From positions 62,001 through 88,812 of the forward strand of contig MU271321.1 in the NCBI GenBank assembly GCA_021432655.1: a DNA stretch of 26,812 nucleotides. Direction: 5' to 3'. The notes under the pieces are model-generated. The model did no database searches. It was not told where the DNA came from and saw only the letters and a program-made list of their open reading frames with translations. Each line of letters begins with the position of its first letter. Position 1 is the first letter of the stretch. Made by a program: the position numbers and the translations under genes. This document shows positions 1 through 11,300 of the stretch, piece by piece. Source of the DNA: Atractiella rhizophila (lineage: Eukaryota).

Positions 1-191
1 TACATTGGGGTTGCCTGCACTCGTTTCAGGCACTTGTGAAAGCGGAAATGGAGGAAAGCGACGAACCGATCACATCGTACCCGTCTCCGTCTACAATACT
101 CGCAGCTGAGAGCTTGCCGTCTCCTTTTCTTCTTCTCCTCTCCATGCTCGTGTGGTTGGCGGTCTTTAGATGTAGATGCTTGAGTGCTCAT
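1..191 (-). CDS. Zn(II)2Cys6 fungal transcription factor, N-terminal part (runs off the window edge)
   Basis: Manual translation from ATG at 191 gives MSTQASTSKDRQPHEHGEEKKKRRRQALSCEYCRRRRVRCDR. After an intron at 66..15 (GTTCGT...TGCAG) it continues QPQC. This matches the start of a binuclear cluster (CxxCx6Cx5C), preceded by a basic NLS-like run. Absent from the ORF track. Confidence 0.9.
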   Translation of the reverse strand, partial: MSTQASTSKDRQPHEHGEEKKKRRRQALSCEYCRRRRVRCDRFVAFLHFRFHKCLKRVQATPM

Positions 192-1306
192 TGCGATAAT
201 GGGCGATCTGCTGTTATGGCAAGATATGATGCGGCAACAGAACAGATTCCCTCATCTTTTATAACGTTTGTCCCAACAGTACCCAGCGCAACTCAACCTC
301 AAGGCGCCGGTCGATCCTTCAAGCTTCATGAATACAAACTGTGGAGGTGGAAAGTGGAGTTACAGAATGAGCAGGGCCAGGGCGACATACAGCAACGAGA
401 CAGAACAGTAGCGAACCTGATCGGCAGACTGTGGGAGGACATCTTCCCTTCACCGCAAGGTTCTGAAGCTTGTCTTGTCGAAGCGAACAGAAAATCATGG
501 GCCCGTCTAGAAGGTGGGATTCCACCTTGTTTGCAACTTGTTCCCTTTGTACGTAGTACTCATCTGTACTCATTCATACATTGCTTTCAATGTTAACTGT
601 TACTAATCTCTCTGGAGGCAGACTGGGAGGCTAGAACAGTCAATCAAAAGTCACTCATAATCAATATTGCATGAATAATGTAGTTATGCAATTGCACAAG
701 GAAGTACTTTGGAATGCTTCAAAGCTTCAGTAATTTTTGTTCCGAAGTGACAAGGCCCCAGACCACCAAAAAAACCGTGTCCGACTCGGACCAACGCAGC
801 AACGCAAGACGAGATGAGAGAAGTACAGCAGAAATCGTCTCCATCTATACACAGTGCATAGTACATGTTCTAGCGGTGGTATTGCCTCACCTCAACGGCC
901 GAGAAGAAAATCTTCCCCAGCCAGTAAGCTGCCGCGGCCCATGTTGATATTTTTGCACTCTTCTGCTGTGATTCAGCAATCCTCCTTGCGCGGACGGTTC
1001 AAATGATGTGGTAATCATTAGTCTAGGTTACTAGAGCTCCCTCACGATGGGAGAGTTAGCTTCTGGCGCCGTCACTCGTCAGCGTAGCGCCTCGATGTTG
1101 CTACTCGATTATGAGTGGAGCTTCAAATTCCGAAGGAGATAAGGGAATGGACTGTATGGTTCGTTGTTCCTTCTCCATAACAACTTCATATCACCGTTGC
1201 TTGAATGAGATGGATTACAGTATCAATTATCAATCGAATTAATACACGGTATGAATAACTTAGAGTTTCTATTAGTATAGAGACCCAAAGACCAAAGCCA
1301 TACTAA

Positions 1307-1894
1307 ATTGTTTCAAAAGCTGGACGGACTATAGACAAGGAGAAACGACCTGGTTTGCGATGTCGAGAATCCCTTCCAATACCGTACACCTCCGATACCA
1401 CATTGCTGGAGAGTAAAGATCGTGGAGGAAAACCGCTGAGAGCTGTTGCTGAACATGGGCTAATGGGATCGGCTCACGACGTAAAACGAGGAGCGCGCAT
1501 GGAAGGGGCCGTGTTCTCACACGGCGGAACCCTTTGTTCACAACAAACGTACAACAACAGGGCGCTCCTGCTTTCATGACTACCAAAGGTTCCCTGCTCA
1601 TGCTTTACTCAGCCATCCTTGGAGGTCTGGATAAGCCTCTCTTTGCCGCTCTTTCCATGCGCATATTTCCGATATGGAGACGATGCTCATGTAACGGAGC
1701 TGACTTGGTTGAATGAGTGGGAGACAAGAACTCTTGACGATTTCTACAAGCAAATGGATTCGAACGCAGATTCTAAAGCTGGCTTTCGGCTGGATATCGC
1801 TTCCGTCCCAATGAGACAAGCTTGGAGCTGTCCTTACGCACCCCACCCACTACTGCAGAAGAGCCACGACACATTCTTTGACACGAAGCTGTGA
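1307..1894 (+). pseudogene. Candidate coding exon or gene remnant interrupted by a single in-frame TGA
   Basis: ORFs 1355..1579 and 1619..1894 share one frame, which is open from 1307 to 1894 except for TGA at 1577-1579. No family recognised. Start codon and upstream exons unresolved. Confidence 0.3.
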
Positions 1895-3990
1895 TTCGCC
1901 CATTCAATCATTCAATCGACGAGCAGGAATATCCAGGTTTATAATAGTGATGTGAATTAGGTGTTGGTCAGCTATAGACATTCATTGTTTTCAGGGAGCC
2001 CCGACCAAGTCAGCGTGGGTAAACCACTTTAATTGTTCAACGAATAAAGAATGCCTGAGATGTCTCAGGTATTGCAAATGGTCGGGAAGCACTCGCACTC
2101 GTCTAAATGCAAGAAAATCGACATTTTACAGGCATCTTTAACTTCAAGATCGCGCGATCCGTACAATGTTATAATTCGCTGGCAAATTTACTTGTAAATA
2201 GCAGAGAAAGGTACATACTTTGAGTTACCAGAGAGCCAACGGAGGTGACAAGATAAGTCTCCTCGTCCCTCTTCTCTACCTGTTTCCGGCGGGAAATTCG
2301 AAACTAGTTCAGATATGACACAACAGAAGTATTTCAGAAAAAAGAGCTAGTTCTCAGACAGCCGATGACATAGTCGGAGTCGATGGAGGCGTGTTGTTGG
2401 CATCTTCGAGGCCAGACTAAGCTCGCGGAGACACCCCAATGCCTTAGTCTAGTCCTATCTGATTCCTTCCCATCTCCGCATCAGCACTTGCTACTTGTCA
2501 CTTCAACAGCGACAGCATCTACATGATGCATTTGTTATGCCTTTAACAGTCTTAGGCTCTCAGGTAAGTGAACCTATTCATTGACTTCAACGTGTCAAAG
2601 TTTACTATTCCTTAATTTTCCTGCTTCATTAGCATAGACGTTCCATGTGGCATTCATGCGAAGATAAACTGCCAATGAGCAAGATGGTAGATGAGTGCTC
2701 GACCTGAGAGACAGTTTGACACTGACGCAGGTTTCACCTCAACCTGTTCACTCTAGGATCCTTCGTCAGCGCTAATAGCTTAAAAGTTTGTGCTCTGTAC
2801 TAGTAGATTTGTTGTCTAGGATCTATTCTGTCAGTTTGCTACGATTTTGAGCATTGAGTTCAGGGTATGATCAGGAGTAAATGGTATGAAAACCAAACTC
2901 GGCCTGTGCTTCCAAGAATATCAGAGATTAGTTCATTGCTGGCTAGCCATGAATTCATCATTGCCTAGGGTAGCGATTCCATCCAGCCATCTAGCAAAAT
3001 ACGGAGTTGAGACATATGCCTCTGAAGGTCGAAGGGGAAGACGGTGAAGAAGAGTCGCAACCTTACACGTTTGCATGCTGTCTCATCGCGTAATCAGACG
3101 GTGGAACGTGGCTTTTTTCTAGCTTTAAAGAACATTGAACGACAATTGCAGATCACAGCAAATCGACTGAACGGCATGGAGGTTTTATCCTCTATTGCAG
3201 CCAAAATGTCGCGAGTTGTTCATCCTCTTTCATCAAACGAAAACCTACTCCTAGATTCCCCAGCCGTACAAGAAGACAAGAATTTTTCCGCTCGCTTTCA
3301 TGCGAGAAAGTCAGAATAAAGAGTTCGGATTACAACGTCGCTCGAAACATTTAAGTTGACGGCTCCCACCTTAAGAAGTCCCTTCCTACCCCTCCCTCCT
3401 GCTCTTATTCTTCCTTCCTTCTCGCCTTTTGGCCACAGCAGATTGTTGAGGATGATAGGGGGAAGCAGAGAATCGTTCTTATACGGCTTCGTAATAAATG
3501 CTGTCCGTGGGCCACGACTTCAGCCACGATTTGGATAAATTATAATTCAATAGTTGGAACAGATCACCATTAGCTTGTGAACAATTTACGTATGGCTTCC
3601 AAGACACAAAAAGCAAGACCTCTTCTCCTCTTTCCCCATGATCAGCCTTCTTTTATCGAAATTTCTGTTATTTCTTGCGGAAAGAGCTTTCTCGCTCCAA
3701 ACTACTGGCGCCTCTCATTCGTTCCATGGCGAACCGGAGCAGAATCGTATGAAAATATGACGAGGATGGTGTTCCATTATCACTGAGACTTCTGTGAGTT
3801 TTCGACTGCTGTTGAAGGGATGGGCTGCAGTAGTTGCCTGATGTCGGGACTCGTACATTTGGTCCCGGTGGAGTGATCATAATACCTCCAGTCTCCAGTG
3901 TTCAACCACCAACTTCACAACAATATCTATTCTCTCCTCATCCCACATCCCTGTCAGCAACTTATTTCACTCTAAATCATATAGGCAAAC

Positions 3991-4963
3991 ATGGCTCCTC
4001 CTCAAACTTCGACTCTCAGAGCTGGAGTGTGCGTCTTTCCGACTTCCCTTCCTTCTCGCTCACATTCTCAATTTTCTCTACGTTATGCACAGGATCAAGC
4101 TCCCTCCATCTGTTCAGGCCAAGATGATAGCTATGGCGGCGCGCAACGCGGCGGAACTCGCTAATGCATGCGAACCTGCTGCTCCTACGAGAAAAGAACC
4201 TCCCATTGCGTAAGGCTTCATACCTCCCTCTAGCGTTTCTTCGTGTCGATAACCACTACTAACGAGGTAACTACTCAGGGCAAAGGAACATACGCTCGCG
4301 AATACGTCGTACAACGTCATTCAGAACCCAAAGACAATCTCTACCGCTTCCAGGTATTGTTTGCTCTCACTAGCACGATTTGTGTAACAAAGTTATTGTA
4401 GAAGGAACCGACCTATCTTTGACCTCCCTTATTTGGATAGTAGTCTCAATGTGCTCTTCCTCACGGGTCAGACGATCAACATGCATAGGCATGACAGTCT
4501 CTCCATTGTGGAAGTGTTGTGGGCGTTTGAGCACCGCAAAGTGATTGCGGCCACGTAAGTTCCTCATTACGACGCCGTTCTAGATTTTTCCACCACGTTA
4601 TCTGACACTGACTGCTTTCCACAATGGAACAGTGCCAAGTATTCAGTCGCAGCGAAAGATAGGACGGACGACCAGAAGGAGAATGTCGACTTCACCGTCA
4701 AGCAGAAGTTGGCTATCCCGAAGATTATTGTGAAGACCCCTGCTAATCCGGGTCTGAAGTCGATCCTCAATCACAATCACAAGGCCTACCCTTCCTTTCA
4801 AACAACGTACAATGCGTATGGAAAGAAAGTTGTCTTGCCCAGGAGCGCGCTGCAACCCTCTGCACCAGGGCGTAATAGAAGGGTGACTTTTGCTGTTCCC
4901 ATCAGGTATGTCTGATGGCGTTCCCGCACCCGTCACGCTGAATTATATTGTAGCACAATGTAA
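3991..4963 (+). CDS. Hypothetical protein, about 221 aa, 6 exons
   Basis: Exons 3991-4028, 4093-4209, 4279-4353, 4402-4554, 4633-4905 and 4954-4963 join into one open frame (MAPPQTSTLRAGVIKLPPSVQAKM...RRVTFAVPISTM). Donors are GTGCGT, GTAAGG, GTATTG, GTAAGT and GTATGT, all with YAG acceptors. If the last intron is retained the CDS ends at 4915. Confidence 0.75.
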
Positions 4964-5362
4964 GCCCATGCGATCGAGCTCCATCGAACCAACGGCCTTC
5001 AACCTTTGGACTTGCTTTTTCATGGCCTCCCATTCAGATCCTCACTCTCATTGTTTTCTAGTATCGGACAATCACATTCGTTTGATTTCTTTCGTGATTC
5101 TCTTTGAATTGTATATACACTTTTGTACTTTGACGTGTTGTCGTATCACTTAGTCTTTTTGTGAAGAATGCGATCATTTGTAACCATATACCTTTCGCTT
5201 GCCCTCATGGACTACTGTGCTGTCACATCATTGTAGTGCGCGTCCCTTTCAGAGGAGCTAATGAACAGTGGCACCTAGATGTGAAGTTGGTGATGCATTG
5301 GATCGCAACTAAGTGATCTGTTCACACTACCTTTCCTCGGCTCCTCATTTCTATGCAGAAAG

Positions 5363-6521
5363 TCAACGCCTGCCAACCAACTGCAGCACATCTCCTTTCC
5401 TCCAAGCTAGAAGTCCTACCGCTACGGCTCCCATCGCAATTACATACTTGAAGGCTAAAACTCCAGCTTGCTTCCATAGCATCTTCTCATAAATGTCGAA
5501 GCCAGCTTTCATTTCTTTTCCTTCATGCGAATGAGGGAATGGCAAGTCCTTGATGACACGAAGTCAGAATTAGTATCACAATGTCGTATCACAAGCAAAG
5601 AGGTAACGAAGTGAACGGACGGGTATTGGTTTTTCAAGGAAACGACATAGAGGTTCCCAACCTTCTTCCACACGATACACTAGCAGCTGGTTCGGCGGAA
5701 TTATCCTCTTGCACTCCTCAACGTGAGCAGTAAACTTCGCTTCCATGTCTCCAACGAAGAACCTGTCCCTAACTGACCACGCCATGGCGCACTTATCAAC
5801 TTTCGCACTGCCATCAATTAGGAAAGTGACTGACAGTAAGACGAGATTTTGGAGAGCTTCAACGCTCTCTCATTCCGGAGGAACCGGACGAGGTGGTACA
5901 ACGGCCACCTTCCCCCTCGCGCAACCGTCGTATCCACGCTGTACTTCCACTTGGCGGGGTCGCGAACTGTGAGAATGAACTTTGCGTCTGGGTAAGCTGC
6001 CAGGAGCTCTCCTACAACGACGGAATGAAGATCAAAGACTAAAGTGATGGTGAAATGGGAAGAACGGACGCGGGAAACAGCAAGTTGGGAAATCCTGCGT
6101 TGCGGTATACCCTCCTTTTGAGAAGATGCGATCGAAATCTTCACGGGTTACCATTCCCTTATCCGCTTCTGGAGTAGGGATCAGAATGAGGATGAGAGGA
6201 TTAGGATGTGAAATAAATGAAGGCGTACTTGCATAAAGTAAAGGCCATGCTGTGGAATAATGGTCGAGGTCGGTTGGATTCTCAGACACTACGCATGAAC
6301 TCTTCATTGACGAATACTGCGGAGACACAAAAAATATAGACTATGGAATGTCTTATACCCCAAAACCCTCACTTTAATCACATGCAGCCAACCATCAATT
6401 TTGGAGAAGACAGGGGAGACGCACAAGCATCTCTCACGCTTCCCGTCCCTGTTCTCCCCAGTCCAAGTCCGATCACTTTCAATCCATCATATGTCTCAGG
6501 CTGCTTCTGCAGGTCAGCCAT
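5363..6521 (-). CDS. P-loop sulfotransferase-family protein (Sulfotransfer_4-like) with C-terminal hydrophobic helix
   Basis: The spliced translation contains LKVIGLGLGRTGTGSVRDALRVLGY, DFPTCCFPRELLAAYPDAKFILTVRD, LLVYRVEEGWEPLCRFLEKPIP and PFPH, all characteristic of this family. It ends with a hydrophobic stretch, YVIAMGAVAVGLLAW. One internal donor near 5860 is uncertain. Confidence 0.88.
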
Positions 6522-6607
6522 GTTACTTCTATACCTTCCGCAAGGAGATTCTTAGACAATATTCACTGCAAACACGCGATTTGGAGCCACTTTACTCTAA
6601 TCCATCG

Positions 6608-6615
6608 TTTTTATA
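6608..6615 (-). promoter_or_regulatory. TATA box candidate for the sulfotransferase gene
   Basis: TATAAAAA on the minus strand about 90 nt upstream of the ATG at 6521. Confidence 0.45.
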
Positions 6616-8380
6616 TTCTGAAAGGCGGAGGTGGAGGTTTCTTCCGCAGTCGTTTCGGTTCCGTCGTTGTATCAAGAGTTGAGGGGTGTTTGGGGTGCCT
6701 GCAAGGACAGAAAAGCAACAACAGATGTAGTATCGTCCGGCTCGGCTTGAACAAACGTGACTGGAATTGAGTACAGATCAAACTAAGCAGCCCCCAGGTT
6801 GGGGACTTGATAGTATAGTGATAGGTAGACAACCAGGACCTTCAGTAGTGACAGAAACCACACAGCTAGCACGTGAAATAGTTGCTGGAGGACGGAGTGT
6901 TTGCTCAGGCTTCTGACATCGCCAACATAACACATGACCACTGACTCGATAGTTTCAAAACTAGTCCAGTGTTGGTGTTAAGCAAGGCAAAATATTACGA
7001 TGACAGAAGCCAGAACTGATAGGATAGCAAGTGTTCTGGTTGCTCGTTTGTAAATCACCAAGAAGGACATGCCAACAGCTCTGCCATCCCGTGCTAACTG
7101 ATGATACGCGTAACGCTATGGGCAGAAGGTGTTGCTGAGGAGCCAAGTGTGAGCGCGGCTTAGACATCAGCGCTCAGCCCAGGCCGCAGAGACAACTTTG
7201 TAAAAGTTAATGTTCTTGTTCAATGTCTCGCCTTCTCAAGGGAGCCACCAACTTGGACGCATTAAACTGATGACACACCTGTTCTAACTCTGTAGTCAAG
7301 CCGGTATTCACATTCGTATAATACTCCTATTAACCCTCCCATTCTATACCTAGCTACACGCTTCCATAGAATCCCATCCGATTCTGATGTAACAGGTGTC
7401 ACCTCTTAGGTTCCGTACTACGGGATAGCGCTTTCTGAGGGAGCTTAGTGTGCCAATGTAGGCTTTATATCAACTACAATGCTTCAGGATTGATATACTT
7501 ATAGGGCCTCATCGCGTCACCAGTTAGAATGGTGAGGTTAGGGTGTAGTGAGGGATATGTGCCGTGAAGCAATTTGTAAGTGAAAAGTATTGGTGCTGTC
7601 ATCTGGTCTACAAGGAGGAAGCACAAGCACCCGTTAGCATTCCAATTACCTTTCAGAGCTTCGCTTCAGTTGTCCTCCCCATGAACACTTCCTCCCTTTA
7701 TACGATATATCTATATCGCGTTGTTTTCTAGGTCTGACCTCCTGACTCCTAAACATGTTATGCCATATTTCGTATGGGTAGACTCCCAGCGTGATCTTGC
7801 GATACCCGCCAATTATGGTATGATGCAGGTTCAACTGAGTTGGCTTACCGTACCAAAAGTTATCACTGTTCCTTAAGATGAAGGAAAGCGGCCTTCTTCC
7901 GTTACTTTCAGTCGTGCCCCCTTGAATAGGCTTTTCCTCAACCTTTCTGTTCTTTGATCAAGTTTTCGGGTTCTCGTATTATCAGGGATCGTACATCATC
8001 GATATTCCATCCTTGAAGAACCGTAGAAAGCGCAGTTTTAAGAAGGGAGGGTCTACCACTGCATAGTCTCCGAGAGGAGATTCAATATTCCCGTCTGTTT
8101 TCACGGCCTTCAAGTACCGTTCTACGCCAGGGCATGCACGCTAGCTAGATACATGAATTTGATGGATACTATACTCTCTTATCCTGTCCCTGAATGTCTC
8201 TCCTTGCAACTGCGCATGGCTGCGTGACGTTGCTGCGCCGCATGCTAACTGCGCAGGGAGAAATAATGGTTTAGACAGACCAGGCACACCACGCATTCTT
8301 CTTCTTATAAGCATATAAGAGACCGTCTATGGCGATGGTCGCTCAAGCACGTCTGCAAAAAAGTGGTGGGAACATTTACC

Positions 8381-11300
8381 ATGCAAGAAGTGGATCCGTG
8401 GTGTACCCTCTCTTCGATGAATGGCGAGAGATGGCTAGATGAGCAGGGAAACGTTGAGCAATGTCACTTAGCTAGGTAGGTGTTAATCCCTTTTACTCTT
8501 TGATCTGAGCGTATACTCACGATCGCACGCTTTGATGTTAGGTACATAACCGGCATCTTCCCACTAGCTAGCAGCCTAGTCTCCTTCTCCTTCATCGCCA
8601 TCTACATGGTGATCAGATCTGGACGATCCAGCACAGAATCAAGCTCGAAACATGCCTCCTCACTACGAAAGGTCCTCCGATCTTCTTTCATGTTTCTTGC
8701 CTTCGTTTCCGTTCTCGCAGAAGGATTCATCCTCAACCGAATGCAGTCGCCAGGAGGCAGTTGGACATTCGTCCGGGCAGGAACTGTCGCTTACCTCTTC
8801 GCATTGACCATCTACCCAAGCTCAAACTTAATTTTAACTTGGCATACGGTCCACCTGACACTCGCCCAGCTCGTCATCTCTCTCCTCACCTTCCGCTATC
8901 ATCTGCTTCGAAGAGACTTTTCCTCCACCTCTCTCTTCGCGACCACACTCGTTGACTTGTTACTATTTGCGCTCGTGACAGCAGTGGAGGTCTACCCCCT
9001 TTTCCAGCATGCTACTTTCGCATCTTTCACGCCTTTCCTCTGGACCCATTTGAGGCGTTCTCCGACGAATGAAGAGCTGCCCCAGCTTCCAGAGGAGCTG
9101 GAGACGGAATTGGTGTATGAGCAATGGAAAATGGGTGTTGGGAGCAGAGAGGGAGGGCTGGGATCGAAGTTAGTCCGGTTCGTATGGAAGGATTTATGGT
9201 ATCAACAGGCATGTCGTTTCTTTCCATTCTGTCACGGCACATAATGACTGCCCTGCGTTACGGGTACTTAGTATTTTGCCTACCTTCGTGTCCTCTCAAT
9301 TCTCCTCCCCCCACTCTTGCTCAACAAGATATTGGTCTACATCTCCCTGCGCAACTCTCCTTCCGAGCACGACATCCCTCCACTCCACCTCCCACTCACC
9401 TACGCCGTCCTCATCTTCATCTCCCAGTTGTTCGCCACCGTTGCCCAGGGACAGATTCTGTACACGGCGAAGGAGATAGCCGTCAAAGTAAGGAGCGTGT
9501 GCAATACCGAGCTTTTCGTCAAAAATTTGAGGATCTTTGACAGCCCAGCAGATGAGAGCGAGGAGAGAATCAATGTTGCAAACACTGTCGCGATGGACGT
9601 GGATAATATTTCTGCGGTTGCAGAACAGATCCAGTGAGCTTCTTCTCCTGTACTCAGAATCGCCTGAACCTCTTCCTAGCCAAATTTGGCCCGAAGGCCT
9701 TCTCATTCTTTTGGTCTCCACCACGATGCTCTGGCAGTTACTCGGGCCGTCAACACTCATGACGGTGCGTGTTCTTCTTAAATGGAAGCAGGAAGATGAA
9801 GTAGACACCGAAACAGCTCCTGGTCATCCTACTCCTCATCCCCTACGGCCGCCAGATCTCCGCCGTCTTCATCGCAAACCATGCACTTCTCCGTCAAGCG
9901 TCAGACAAACGATTAACCCTCTCCTCCTCCATCATCCATTCAATAAAGACGATCAAATATTTTTCGTGGGAGCGTCCCTTCTCTCTCCTCGTCAACGAAA
10001 CTCGGCAGCAGGAGCTCTCATTCCTGTTCAAGCAAGCGATGCTGTTCTCGTTCGCTGGAGCCACGACTCTCTACACACCTGCTCTTATCACTCTCACTAC
10101 CTTTGTAGTCCATACGAAGCTATTTAAGAAGGATCTTGATGCTCCGACTGCTTTTACAGCAGTCGCACTTTTTGCGATCGTTGCGGATGCAGTGACGAAG
10201 GTCATGTATCCTTGGGTCGCCCTGTCTCGAGGTCTCGTAGGCTTGCGCAGAGTTGAATCTTTCCTGAAAGAAGTGGAAGTCGATGGTTCGGCTCCAGCAT
10301 CCGGATCGAGTTCTAGAATCCTGGAGGATGAAATTCGAGTTCGGGGACGTTTTAGCTGGGCAAAAGGAGGGCGGTTTGAGTTAGAGGTCGATGTTGGGAT
10401 CCTAATTGGTGGTTTGAACGTCGTCCTTGGTCCGGTCGGCAGCGGGAAAACCATGTTCCTCGAGACGATTTTAGGCGAAACGCATTGCATCGATGGCGCT
10501 TTCCCCGTCCTCTCGACGAACAGAGCCATAGCATATGCTGGGCAACATCCCTTCCTGCTCAATACGACAATCAGGAACAACATCCTTTTTGGACTTCCTT
10601 TCCTCCTTGATCGGTACGAAGCAGTTGTCAAGGCATGTGCATTAGACGTGGACTTCAAAATACTCCAAGCTGGAGACGAAACAGAAGTGGGAGAGCGAGG
10701 TATGACTCTTTCCGGGGGCCAAAAAGCGCGTGTTGGGCTCGCGAGGGCGGTCTATTCAGACTCGAACCTCCTGCTGCTTGACGACGTTTTGAGTGCTGTC
10801 GACGGAAGGGTGGCTAGGTCAATCTTTGACGACGTCATCAGAGGGGATCTCTGCAGGAAGAGAACAGTGGTGCTTATTACACAGGCGTTAGGAGTTCTGA
10901 GGGGGGATTGTGAACGCGCCATCCTCTTTGACAATGGCAAGGTGAGCAAGTTTGGGAGCCCAGAGGATGTCATAACGGATTGGAACGCAACTGTGCAATT
11001 GGAAGAGGGATCGTTAAAAGGAGTGGCGGAAGGTCTTCCATCCGAACTTGTGGAAGATACGAAGCGCTCCAACGAGGAGAAGCACAAGCTGATCACAGAG
11101 GAGCAGAAAGCTGAAGGGGCTGTGTCATTTTCAAGCTACGCCATTTATATTCGAGCTATCGGGGGCGTATTCGTATGGAGCACCTTTTACGCTCTGATCG
11201 TCTGCGCTCAACTCTCCGATATCGCTCTCAACCTCGCTTTAAAGCAGTGGTCACAGTCTTACGATGGCCTTACCGACAAAAGCCCCGATTATTGGTTCTC

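Noticed and set aside
36..596. 186-aa + strand ORF
   Set aside because: GTG start, overlaps the Zn2Cys6 gene antisense, and has no recognisable motif.
2050..2073. Short inverted repeat AATGCCTGAGA-tg-TCTCAGGTATT
   Set aside because: Isolated hairpin with no TIR/TSD context; plausible by chance in 27 kb.
2430..2780. Strong CAG|GTAAGT donor near 2563 suggesting a small spliced gene
   Set aside because: No consistent open frame could be assembled around it.
7300..8100. Possible gene relic between the sulfotransferase and ABC genes
   Set aside because: Scattered splice-like signals, but the frames I checked are stop-interrupted and no motif was recognisable.
10071..10658. 195-aa minus-strand ORF
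   Set aside because: Antisense to the NBD1 exon of the ABC transporter.
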